A stretch of DNA of 64,000 nucleotides from Balanoglossus misakiensis (lineage: Eukaryota; Animalia; Hemichordata): contig CM082594.2 in assembly GCA_040954595.2 (NCBI GenBank), forward strand, positions 4,945,319 to 5,009,318, in the 5' to 3' direction. Every line of letters starts with the position of its first letter. The stretch's first letter is position 1. Position numbers and translations under genes: made by a program. Shown in pieces: positions 39,301 to 47,200 of the stretch. The notes beneath the pieces were generated by a model that worked only from the letters and a program-made list of their open reading frames with translations, did no database searches and was not told where the DNA came from.

Positions 39301-40769
39301 CTGAGACAGTCAAATAATTTGACCTAAAAATAGATACAAGCAACTCTCTAATACGTAAATTATCCTATATCATTCTCATTTATCACATCTCTACTCAAAT
39401 TAAATCTTGTATAATATAATTCTATTTCAGAGAAAACTTAATGATTTGTTTAATTAGTTACATGCAGCTGGTTTATTACAATGAATCAAAAGTTGTAGAT
39501 TGATAAAATTTCCACTTGGCATTTCTTTCTATATTGAGCAAGTCTGTTAAAACAAGAATGCAATAAAATCCTTATTATCCAACCACAGTATCTGCAAAAT
39601 CCTGAAAATAATATATCCCTTTATCTCACTTCATTGCATATCGACTTGTTCAAATTTCGCTTTTTACTTTTTTCTTAGCTAATTTACAGTTTGTGTTACG
39701 GACTCATCGTCTCCATTTTTTATGTTCTTGCCATTCTTTGTACATATGGCTGACTCATTATCCTTGAAATGGGAAATGGAAGTACTAATGACCTTTGTCT
39801 CAGACTTTGAATGGGGCACACAAAAACCTTAATTAGTCCTCATTACTGGGACACTTCAATTTGAGAAGCCATAGTCACCCACCAAACTGTCAAATTCTCT
39901 TGTCTAATTACAAATGATATAACACCGGTCACGGCTTTCTCAGTTGATCTTTGGTGCCCAGAAAAAAACTCTAAACTGCCTGGTGTTGGGTGTTGTGTCT
40001 GTGTGGCAAGATTAGCTGTCCTGACCTCTGTGGTATGAATAGCATGCCTTCTCTTCAACAGTAAACACAACTATGTCACTGATCCATGTCGTGTTATTTC
40101 TGCACGTCTGGCTGTCAGAATGTCCCCTTTTTCTGTCTTCACTATGCAAGAAAAGTTCCACAATCTCATTCGTGTTAAAAGTGTACGGAGATCGAAAATT
40201 CCAAACATTTGCCATTCTGAAACCAGTTTTACGACTGTCAACACACTGAGAAGTAGACGTGAACTGGTGACATCACAAAAATACAAACGGCCACACCTCT
40301 TCACTGATAGCACAACATCACAACTTTATGAGTAGGCCATACACAATTCAATATAACCAGAAAATGAAAGAATTTCTTTCGTTTTCTGGTTATATTTTTT
40401 ACATGCAAAGCAGTTCAGTGCCTCGATCACTGACATGCTTTTGAAAAGAGCTAGTCGGATAACTGACGAGTAGGAGGATAAGATTACCATGATAATACCT
40501 CATATATACCTGCTTACAGCATGACAAAACATGCTTTGACAGATCGCCAAAGCATTCACCGATATTTCTCTAAACAGAACCCAACTTACCTTATAATTAC
40601 TACTATTAACCCAGTGCGACAGTCCGTCTATAAGTTTATCCCAGTTTTCGCACTCGAGATGGTTTGCTGGGTTTTGGATGTACTCCAGAATCTCCTGTCC
40701 TGCAGCTTGGCGTTTATGAATGTCCTGTTGCTGGACCATCGGGTCCATGTCATCGAGGAAACTTGACAT
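218..40769 (-). CDS. CLASP1: CLIP-associating protein (CLASP1/CLASP2 co-ortholog), 5' portion; 29 coding exons, ~1102 codons, continues beyond window start
   Basis: Manual splicing with GT-AG junctions and consistent phases: 40769-40590, 28544-28466, 27005-26902, 26742-26651, 26236-26161, 25525-25428, 25108-25041, 13497-13448, 10670-10571, 10202-10144, 9863-9771, 9640-9495, 9119-8984, 8533-8463, 8144-8007, 7651-7466, 7246-7182, 6506-6363, 4995-4900, 4574-4410, 4101-3976, 3236-3078, 2582-2350, 2240-2137, 1805-1742, 1522-1359, 933-855, 662-519, 304-218. Peptides recognisable as CLASP: WVNSSNYK, LSKIVPHICKLLGDPNSQ, DLRSQVVREAC, SRIPRSQGCSRESSP, WSERKEGLLGL, DFVNSSETRLAVSRII. The symbol marks family membership, not a specific vertebrate paralog. 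Confidence 0.96.
519..662 (-). CDS. CLASP1: CLASP exon (TOG3)
   Basis: TKVALLKY...DFVNSSETRLAVSRIISWTREAKSLDVRK. Confidence 0.95.
855..933 (-). CDS. CLASP1: CLASP exon (TOG3)
   Basis: DSFPYDMQFNILTRFIVDQTQTPNVK. Confidence 0.95.
1359..1522 (-). CDS. CLASP1: CLASP exon (TOG3)
   Basis: VFSLFLETLSDFIAIHKMDLSDWL...DLLGSVHAKVERALDVVR. Confidence 0.95.
1742..1805 (-). CDS. CLASP1: CLASP exon (TOG3)
   Basis: RQELKRCTEIFTRMFADPHGK. Confidence 0.93.
2137..2240 (-). CDS. CLASP1: CLASP exon (start of TOG3)
   Basis: DVPDILNKMGSAAWSERKEGLLGLGSIMRSSRML. Confidence 0.94.
2350..2582 (-). CDS. CLASP1: CLASP exon (linker before TOG3)
   Basis: ...DAEIALAAAL...YSDDESDASSVCSIGSYGS; resembles vertebrate YSDDDANSDASSVCSERSYGS. 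Confidence 0.92.
3078..3236 (-). CDS. CLASP1: CLASP exon (S/R-rich; symmetric phase 1-1, likely alternative)
   Basis: ttcgtag acceptor, G|gtgag donor, open frame FGSLPSNRRASSPS...DVSPSRLGF; 159 nt. Confidence 0.72.
3976..4101 (-). CDS. CLASP1: CLASP exon (S/R-rich; symmetric phase 1-1, likely alternative)
   Basis: ccacag acceptor, A|gtaagt donor; DRSNPVSPASSTYSAYRRAKQSSPFERGSY; 126 nt. Confidence 0.68.
4410..4574 (-). CDS. CLASP1: CLASP exon with SxIP EB1-binding motif and GSK3-type SRESSP
   Basis: GSRSGSRSGSP...RKSRIPRSQGCSRESSPNRLGF, closely resembling vertebrate RSKIPRSQGCSRETSPNRIG. Confidence 0.94.
4629..4789. mobile_element. Tc1/mariner (pogo/Tigger-like) MITE, 161 bp
   Basis: TA|CAGTCAAACATGTCT...AGACAGGTTTGACTG|TA: terminal inverted repeats with TA target-site duplication. 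Confidence 0.82.
4900..4995 (-). CDS. CLASP1: CLASP exon with SxIP motif
   Basis: TGSTDLLDKAAEEGSRIPTPRKGRLGVSQSQ; ends in conserved VSQSQ. Confidence 0.88.
6363..6506 (-). CDS. CLASP1: CLASP exon (linker)
   Basis: RSNSDINMSSASRAKSR resembles vertebrate RSRSDIDVNAAASAKSK; long CT tract at acceptor. Confidence 0.87.
6710..7135. repeat. Degenerate interspersed repeat with two ~55-bp direct copies
   Basis: tttgcttttgagt...aaattgca..ttt.gcacc.t.ttttacaaaatt at ~6712 and ~7078. Confidence 0.55.
7182..7246 (-). CDS. CLASP1: CLASP exon (linker)
   Basis: PPKTTGARRSLVPSQKTETQT; bridges phase 2 to phase 1 as needed. Confidence 0.75.
7298..7390. repeat. Degenerate tandem repeat built on ATGTTGAACA
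   Basis: atgttgaaca occurs four times; ~29-bp unit atgttgaacatag.at.tttgacac..a. Confidence 0.65.
7466..7651 (-). CDS. CLASP1: CLASP exon (end of TOG2)
   Basis: AFWSYAEHFKQSAEKLLNSLDSSKQKML...SSSSSQESV. Confidence 0.92.
7785..7875. repeat. (GT)/(GTAT) compound microsatellite
   Basis: gtgtgtatgtatatatggatgtatgtgtatacatgtatgtatgtttgtgtgtgtg. Confidence 0.75.
8007..8144 (-). CDS. CLASP1: CLASP exon (TOG2)
   Basis: WDTHSMEKHQAILGEAVRKNIEDADSEVRAQGRK. Confidence 0.93.
8463..8533 (-). CDS. CLASP1: CLASP exon (TOG2)
   Basis: HTHSHRLLPIICSYVSVKAVAIRR. Confidence 0.93.
8984..9119 (-). CDS. CLASP1: CLASP exon (TOG2)
   Basis: AEFVLPTIFNLIPNSAKIMSSSG. Confidence 0.95.
9372..9420. repeat. (CA)n followed by (ACA)n microsatellite
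   Basis: acacacacacacacacatacatacatactacaacaacaacaacaac. Confidence 0.85.
9495..9640 (-). CDS. CLASP1: CLASP exon (TOG2)
   Basis: LKKIRSLMIAGA...SANDLRSQVVREACLTL. Confidence 0.95.
9691..9709 (+). promoter_or_regulatory. CTCF-like motif
   Basis: TGGTCAACAGAGGGCGCAC, similar to the CTCF consensus TGGCCAGCAGAGGGCGC; motif match by eye only. Confidence 0.4.
9771..9863 (-). CDS. CLASP1: CLASP exon (TOG2)
   Basis: IYNAKSLEDDFSKIKDNLEDDKNAWDQRVDS. Confidence 0.93.
10144..10202 (-). CDS. CLASP1: CLASP exon (start of TOG2)
   Basis: GAIDEQQFIQSFGEVPEVT (vertebrate GAVDEEDFIKAFDDVP); acceptor is the less common AAG. Confidence 0.88.
10571..10670 (-). CDS. CLASP1: CLASP exon (TOG1-TOG2 linker)
   Basis: ASSASRVAKSKPSTGTVKRSASSASGSRPNASS; ctgcag acceptor, gtaag donor. 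Confidence 0.85.
10787..11116. mobile_element. TTAA-flanked foldback MITE (Kolobok-like AG...CT termini)
   Basis: TTAA|AG..CATTAGCTGTAACTTTT...AAAAGTTACAGTTAATG..CT|TTAA; internal perfect 17-bp inverted repeat CATTGTTATTGTTGACA (10931) / TGTCAACAATAACAATG (10978). Confidence 0.75.
13448..13497 (-). CDS. CLASP1: CLASP exon (TOG1-TOG2 linker)
   Basis: GSKPATSPQQDEVDSAR (cf. vertebrate DEDSVDG); phase 1 to 0. Confidence 0.82.
20000..20045 (-). CDS. Candidate alternative first coding exon of CLASP (MTSRPSGSRIPVLRF)
   Basis: ATG at 20045, 15 codons plus 1 nt, then G|gtgagt donor; phase 1 fits the exon at 13497; lies in a CpG-richer patch (20000-20600). Confidence 0.6.
25041..25108 (-). CDS. CLASP1: CLASP exon (end of TOG1)
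   Basis: LSIIYGKFDEVKKSGRMIAEDT. Confidence 0.92.
25428..25525 (-). CDS. CLASP1: CLASP exon (TOG1)
   Basis: VRDTAINTLVEIYRHVGEKVRIDLGKKGIPSSR. Confidence 0.95.
26161..26236 (-). CDS. CLASP1: CLASP exon (TOG1)
   Basis: FGASSLSLSKIVPHICKLLGDPNSQ. Confidence 0.95.
26651..26742 (-). CDS. CLASP1: CLASP exon (TOG1)
   Basis: SVFERLMRGFTHKNFRVREEVLLCLMQTIN. Confidence 0.95.
26902..27005 (-). CDS. CLASP1: CLASP exon (TOG1)
   Basis: LPAVIDRLGDSKDAVRDQAQGLIQKLMNVATSPQ. Confidence 0.95.
27193..27210 (-). promoter_or_regulatory. CTCF-like motif
   Basis: Minus strand reads GCCCTCTAGGGGGCGCTG, similar to the CTCF core CCACTAGGGGGCGC; motif match by eye only. Confidence 0.45.
28466..28544 (-). CDS. CLASP1: CLASP exon (TOG1)
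   Basis: VSLLGLEILGVLADRLKEGYRIHIST. Confidence 0.93.
32807..32928. mobile_element. Tc1/mariner (pogo/Tigger-like) MITE, 122 bp
   Basis: TA|CAGTAAAACTTGTCTAAACTGAAC...GTTCAGTTTAGACAGGTTTCACTG|TA; 24-bp TIR with 2 mismatches; termini related to the 4629 element. Confidence 0.82.
40590..40769 (-). CDS. CLASP1: CLASP first coding exon (TOG1)
   Basis: MSSFLDDM...DKLIDGLSHWVNSSNYK then gtaag donor. Confidence 0.94.
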
Positions 40770-41319
40770 CTCGGCGTTAAATTGACTCTCTCCCGAGAGT
40801 TATCTGCAGAATTTCTGTGATATCACTGGTAAACAGTGCACTTTCTATTCCACAAGCAGTATAAAAGTTTTCTCTCTCCGTAATTTGAAATTAACGCCAA
40901 TATCGAGCCCTTTGTTGAACAAACCGAAAAGGGCAACTCACGTAACGATTTCTACTTCTGCAGGCAGAGCAAAAACACGGCGACAAATCGATTCTAGCAA
41001 ATGCAGGTACAAAGAACGGCTATATGGCTATGCATGCACTCAGTTATCACTTGAGTATCTCTTACTGAATGGCGATGCGAGTTCTGCAAATCGTGATCAC
41101 CGATTCAATCAGCTGTGATGTGTGTAGATTTCTCCGATGTCACCCACACTCACATGGTCGATCCTTTGAACACTGCTATTTAGCCTTCCACGAGATCCAT
41201 GCTTCTCACAATATAAGATTCACGTAGTTAGGAACTAGGAGTACCACTTCAGACGATCTTCTTTCTCAGAAAACCACGCGATCGCGCTGAATTTGATACC
41301 CAATTTCTATTATTGTGTA

Positions 41320-41420
41320 CGTACCGCCGCAGTCGCCGCCATCTTTGATAACCTGCTGGTCGTGACGTCACGGGGCCAAACCGGAATCTCGTTTATTCTC
41401 GCCTCGCTCGTGGCATGGCC
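41320..41420 (-). promoter_or_regulatory. Putative CLASP core promoter and first (leader) exon
   Basis: CpG-rich patch with YY1-type AAGATGGCGG (minus strand, ~41335-41344), perfect CRE palindrome CGTGACGTCACG (41361-41372), ETS-like CCGGAA (41381-41386) and donor GCG|gtacgt at 41324. Confidence 0.65.
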
Positions 41421-41839
41421 AGTCTCGGACAGAAAGAAATGTCTTACTTTGACATTGGTGGCGTCTTTTCTTTCAGCGAAGGGTATATCCCCGTCCACGA
41501 ACGTTGATGCACACACACTTACAAACGACTTGAAATCACTTTGTGGCAACAACATGACAGCAAATACCAGTATAAATTATAATGATGACAATCGTTCTGT
41601 TCAATGGGAAAAGTACTTGCTGCTAGTTGAGTCTTTAGCACCTCAATTCTTCATTCAAAACCAAACCACCATATTTTTCATGGTGTCACAAACTATAGGC
41701 CACACTATCTCTTGGGATAATATACTGATGAAGAGTACAGTGCCCTCAACTCCTTTTTTCACGCTCACACTGTTTAGAGAGACCATACTTTTCATGGAAA
41801 CGGCACCAAAACAATCGTGTACTATGGTAAAGAATTCCA

Positions 41840-41845
41840 TTTATT
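41840..41845 (-). terminator. Candidate polyadenylation signal (AATAAA) of TFCP2
   Basis: TTTATT on plus strand between TFCP2 stop and CLASP promoter; alternatives at ~41941 (ATTAAA) and ~42553. Confidence 0.3.
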
Positions 41846-44244
41846 TCTCAAACTGAGATGGCAAAATTTCTGAGATATACATTTCATATCAAAGTACATG
41901 TGAGCAGAAAATGCTGAAGACTTGACAACATTCCTCCAACTTTAATATCAACATCATTTGTCAAAACAATCATACACATACAATGGTTTAATTTCTCACA
42001 CAAATTTCTTAATTTACTTAAGATAAAAATAAACTTTACAATCTATCCTCAGTCCCTGTCATAGAGGGACTGTGATCTATCCTACTATATTTCTACACCT
42101 CTTTTGCTCAGACATGTGCAGTCCACTATTTCTAGACCTTCCTGGATTTCCAGTTCAACCAATGGGAAGATATTAAAAATATTAACTAATCAGGTTTTGA
42201 AGGGGGAAGCAAACGACGCATGTACGACAGTTACAAAGCCTTAAAATGATACACATTAACGTCAACAAAATGTAAACAGAAGACAAGTGATTATTTTTGT
42301 GAAATGGCACTGTATTCTAGTCAATGTACTGCTATCGTGAAAAGCTCTGAAACTCTGAATCCTTTCAATTTCATTCCAGTACTACACTTCAAAGACTTCC
42401 CATATAACTTGTGTTGTGTTCGCATACTCATCCCAGATATCCAAAAAACATGGCTGTCTCAAAAGTTCCATAAACTTTCAAAAGTTTCAGTGGCAGTGAC
42501 AAGCAAAACTTAAGCGTGGATTCTACAATGAGTATGCTAAGAAAATATATATTTTATTGATAACAGGATGTGTTTCCTCCAAACACCTAATATTTGCTGG
42601 AAGGGTGGGGGGAGGGGAGGGGAAGACAGCTTTGTGCACAATTGTTCATAACAACCGAGAAAGTACAACATCTGCCCAAAAAAGCCATATATTTTGTGTA
42701 CATAAATATACAAATTTATGCTAATAAGTTCATTTGCAATATGCAAATTTCTCATTAATATGCATACTCAGCTATAGATTTCTATGTTCAAGCTGCAGAT
42801 GATATTTTCATGTATATACAAAACAAGTTATAAAGAAATCATTTGTGATGAAATTCTTATGCGGAAATAGAAGGGAACATGATGAAAAGAAGCCGTGATT
42901 TATAAACAATAATACTCATATACATGTATGTACTTAAAATCCTTCAAAAATTTGGTCAAGCATATTCTGCCCACAACACCCCTCCCTATCCATGTATAAT
43001 TTTATCAATTACAAGCAATGTCACTATATACTGCAATAGTGAGGTTGAAGATAAGAGTTCAGGTTTTTCAGAACAAAACATAATTATTTTTCACACTCAA
43101 CAAGCCCATTTTTGACTCTGACACGTACACAACAAACTCATTCGCAATTAAACCTGCAGGGCATGGCTTCTAAAAACAGAACACAGTATCCAAACGCATC
43201 TCTCATGGCAAGGGGTTTGGTATTCTTTCAACAATAACAAATACATGCACTTTAATTATAGTTGGGTACATAGCCAGTCTCCAAAATAATCCAGGCAGCC
43301 ACTTGGCCAAAGACAAACAAAACATCGAACAAAAAAAGTTTTTTTTTTTTTAACTTCCCGATATAAAGATGAATACGGCTACACATCTTGATTCGTTTGA
43401 CCCTCTCAGTGGTTCTCCTCATATCATTTGTCATTACACAGTTCAAATTATTTCAACGATAAAACATAACAGATCTATGTATCTGTTAGTTGCTATTTTC
43501 ATACGTTGGCAGATTTAAAAGCACTAACCCAACAACATTTGACCAGCAATGTATAACATCTATATGCACCAACAACCAATACACATGCATGCAGAGGAAA
43601 TGGATTTCGCGGTTGACAAAATTTCAGTCATTGCAATTCATGATTACGACTGTCTGTGTCGTACTTTGAAAGACTAGCAGGTCAATTTATAACACAGGTG
43701 AAAAAATGCAAAGTTCAAAATACGCAAATTCATGAATCTGACGATTTTAAAATAACTTCTGTGATCTGTATTAAAGATTGTTTCACACGACACACACAGA
43801 TCTACTGCCTGTTGATTTTATTCAAATGGTACACCCATACCACCAAAGTGCCAGGATGTAAAGGTCACGTAGGGGTCATGGCTTTTCCTTGTCGCGAAGT
43901 CAAGTTTATTGCTTGGTTCAAAACATCCGTTGTTGAAACAGGAAATTTTCACACAAGGAAAAGCTGTTTTTGGTCATTTTTCAAAACAATTAGACATGTT
44001 GCCCTCCTTGCCAATAAACTACAGTCATAATTGATTTGAACTCAAATGAAAACAACTGATGAGAAATAACAAACTTACAAAAATACTGCAACGCTGAAAA
44101 CTTGTTGAAAATACAATGGCAGCAATTTCTATACATGGATCTTGTCAAGAAAAAAAGACATTTTTTTTGGACTCAAGGTGTGTACCTGTTAATATCGATA
44201 ATCTTCATACACTGGGAATCATTTCCATGGGAATTATAACCACT

Positions 44245-44282
44245 TCATTTTAGTACTACAGTATATGTCTCTCGACCTTCAT
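44245..44282 (-). CDS. TFCP2: TFCP2 last coding exon
   Basis: [12 protein letters not shown]-stop (vertebrate ...YHIILK). Confidence 0.88.
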
Positions 44283-47200
44283 CTGAAAATAAAAATAGGA
44301 ATTTTTTTGTAATATCTGTAAATAATATATGAAAATGTCTGCCAGCTTTGCTGTCTTGCAAATTATCGTCATTTCACCAAAGTTTTTGACAGCTCATCTG
44401 TGCTGTGATTGGTCAAAGCTCATCTGTATTCTGTGCTGTGATTGGTCAAAGCTCATCTGTATTCTGTGCCGTGATTGGTCGAACTACTGTCATGTGAGAC
44501 AAAAAACTGATTTGGTTGCAATTCTTACCTTTCAGAGCCTCAATACTAAAACTACTCTCATCTTCAAAGGTTTGGACCATCTGCAAAAAAAGAGAAAGAG
44601 ATTAGCATGTTACTTGACCAACTCCGTCAAAACAACACTCATGGGTCACATACACTGATGGCGAACAGTTAAATCTTGAACAGATGATGAAATGACCAAC
44701 AAACAATAATTTTAATACAGCTTATAGTACAGGCCACACCGAAAACTGATGTTACATTTCTGCAATAGAAAATGTCATGATGGGCCATGTATTGTTTGTC
44801 CTGTGACACATGAGAATGTCCTCTCAGATAAATTGCCTCCCGCTGGATTTTGCGGGGTCTCATGGAGTTCGGAAAATGCTCTATTAGTGAGAGATTATCT
44901 GTGTTGGTTGCCATAGCACCATCACATGATTAGAACCTAGTGAGCAGGGGCAGGGGCGTTCATTAAACTTGTCCTTGAGAATGTGCAGTCAGTGTTTAAA
45001 TCAATGTTTAAAACAAGATGAGCGACATCTGGAACAGTCTCATTGCCAAATCAATGCTGCAAGACTCGGTTATAAAACAGCTCTGTACTAGGAGTGAAAA
45101 TGCAAGAAAAATGTTCTTCGTACCTCATCTGAAACAAGGACTCTGATTCCTGAAGGTGCCTGTCTGACCACTTGTGATATTTTCGCCATTCCTACATTGT
45201 AGAGCTGCGCCACTTTTGTCTTTAACTCTTCGGACGAGGGATTCTCCAGGTACATGGCATGATAAACTGTAGGAGACAGGTCGTTACAAAAAGATTCATA
45301 GAATCATACAGGATTCTTTCAGCATCATCAAATGACTCTAATTCTGTACAATGTCAAAAAATATTCTGCATTACTTTAATCTTAATTTAATTCAGTCAGA
45401 TATTTGAATGAAACTGTCACAAATCCAGGAATCTGAATTGTCTCTGTTGTCATGGTGACCTACTTTGATCGGACTCTTGGCTGACATAAATTGCCAATCT
45501 TGGTCGTACGTGTCTAAAAAAGAGAAGAAAAAATTGTTTAGAACACTGCAGTAGTCTGTCTGCTTGCGAAATTTAACTCCACTATTGCCCTATTCTCAAA
45601 GGCATTCTTAATACCACTTTGATGAAAGCAAGAATGTAAGGCATCATTGATGTGAAATATTCAAGGGTTTTTGTACATCCAGTTTAATAAAAGGATGTAG
45701 CCTAGAGGATGAAATAAAAGCTTTACTCTTTTTAAAATACCAACCTTTCCTGCAAGGCATTGTTCAGACGTATACCATCTGCTAATCCTAAAATTTGTAT
45801 CAAATCGTCTCGACTTAGTGTCAGTAAATCAGCACCTGCAATGAGAAGACCACTCAAATGAGTATGCACTGAAAAAGGGATTTTTAATCTAGTCTGTTGA
45901 ACAGGAGAAAATTTTCAAAAAAATTCAAAGTTTTAGAAATATAAACTGAGCCTGCCAGAATAAACTCCGTTGCCATGGCTACTTCCTGCTGCTCTGATTG
46001 GTTGACTCAAAAATAAATACGAATACAGATCAGCTACCCACCTGTAAAGTTTAGGAATAATTTTCTGTATGCGGAGAACCTGTTTCTTGTCAGCCACTCT
46101 TGTGTCTGTTGACTTGTTGCCGTGGGCAACAGGGGCTGCAAAAACAATTGTCACAACCAAAGTTGTAGTCACGCATATTCATTAATTTTGAAAATTTTCC
46201 TCAGCAGCCATTGCTCAGCAATTTGAACCTTTCAGTATGACAGTTTTGTTGTCATTTTTTTTATTCCATGTACATACATGGACAGACAGACAGACAGACG
46301 GACGGACAGGCAGACAGACAGTGTGTGAACATGGGAGCTGAAAAACTGCCAGGTACTAAATTCACCATTTTTTTGTACTTACTTCTGTTATTAATGTATC
46401 GTTCAAGTCCCCAGAAACTTGCGATGTTGGGGTAGCGGCTGCTGCAGTCACTACAGACGCTGCGTCGATGCTTGAGCTGGGACTGTTTAGACTGCAACAG
46501 AACGGTGAGAACACATAGCTTCACATTCAGCACAGTCGTCCAACAAATCTTTTACGGTGTTGGCACTGAATCCGATTGTATACGTACAGCACTGAGTTTG
46601 GAAGAAATTGGTTAACCCTTTCAACCCCCAGTTCCCTACAGACACAAGGTTTAGCTAAAATTGATAAAACAAAAAAGAATATCTTACACATGTTCATACG
46701 ATGAATTAAAACCATCATTGCTGTCGTACATTGAAGCCACCGTTGACGCCATTGATGTCGCGCCCAAAGTACACTGTAAGAAAAAAACACAAAATTTGAC
46801 TCAAAAAGTTTAAATGATATTATTCTTACCATCACTCTTTTGAAAGAAAATCTTTCCATTGCTAGTACCTTAGAACTTATTACTGGTATGAATCACCACC
46901 TATAGAAGCCAATTTGATTAACCCTAATGCTGCCAAGTCAGTTGAAACTGGTTTGATCCTCAAACCAAACCAGTGCAAACCAGTACGATTTGGTCCCTTT
47001 TCTGGGGGGCTCAGACTGCCAAGTGTGTCTAAGTACGTAGGAGAGCAATGCCAAGACAGTCAAAATACGTTTCAGAAGGAAAAAAATGGCAGATACGTAT
47101 TTTAAGGGGACTTGAGACTCAGGTATGACACCCAGTAGCATTAGGGTTAACGGACACAGCCAACATACACAACGCATGCGTTAACTGAACATAGGGAACT

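Noticed and set aside
28545-40589. U4atac snRNA, which in human sits in the equivalent CLASP1 intron (after ...SSNYK)
   Set aside because: I found no match by eye to the conserved 5' AACCATCCTTTTCTTGGGG region or a suitably placed Sm site on either strand. A cmsearch with the Rfam U4atac model would be decisive.
44391-44480. 33-bp repeats as a CRISPR-like array
   Set aside because: Head-to-tail tandem repeat with no unique spacers, in a eukaryotic intron with no cas genes.
46170-46229. [10 protein letters not shown] peptide resembling the TFCP2 SAM helix
   Set aside because: Ends in a stop; the true exon (QEWLTRNRF) is at 46135-46042.
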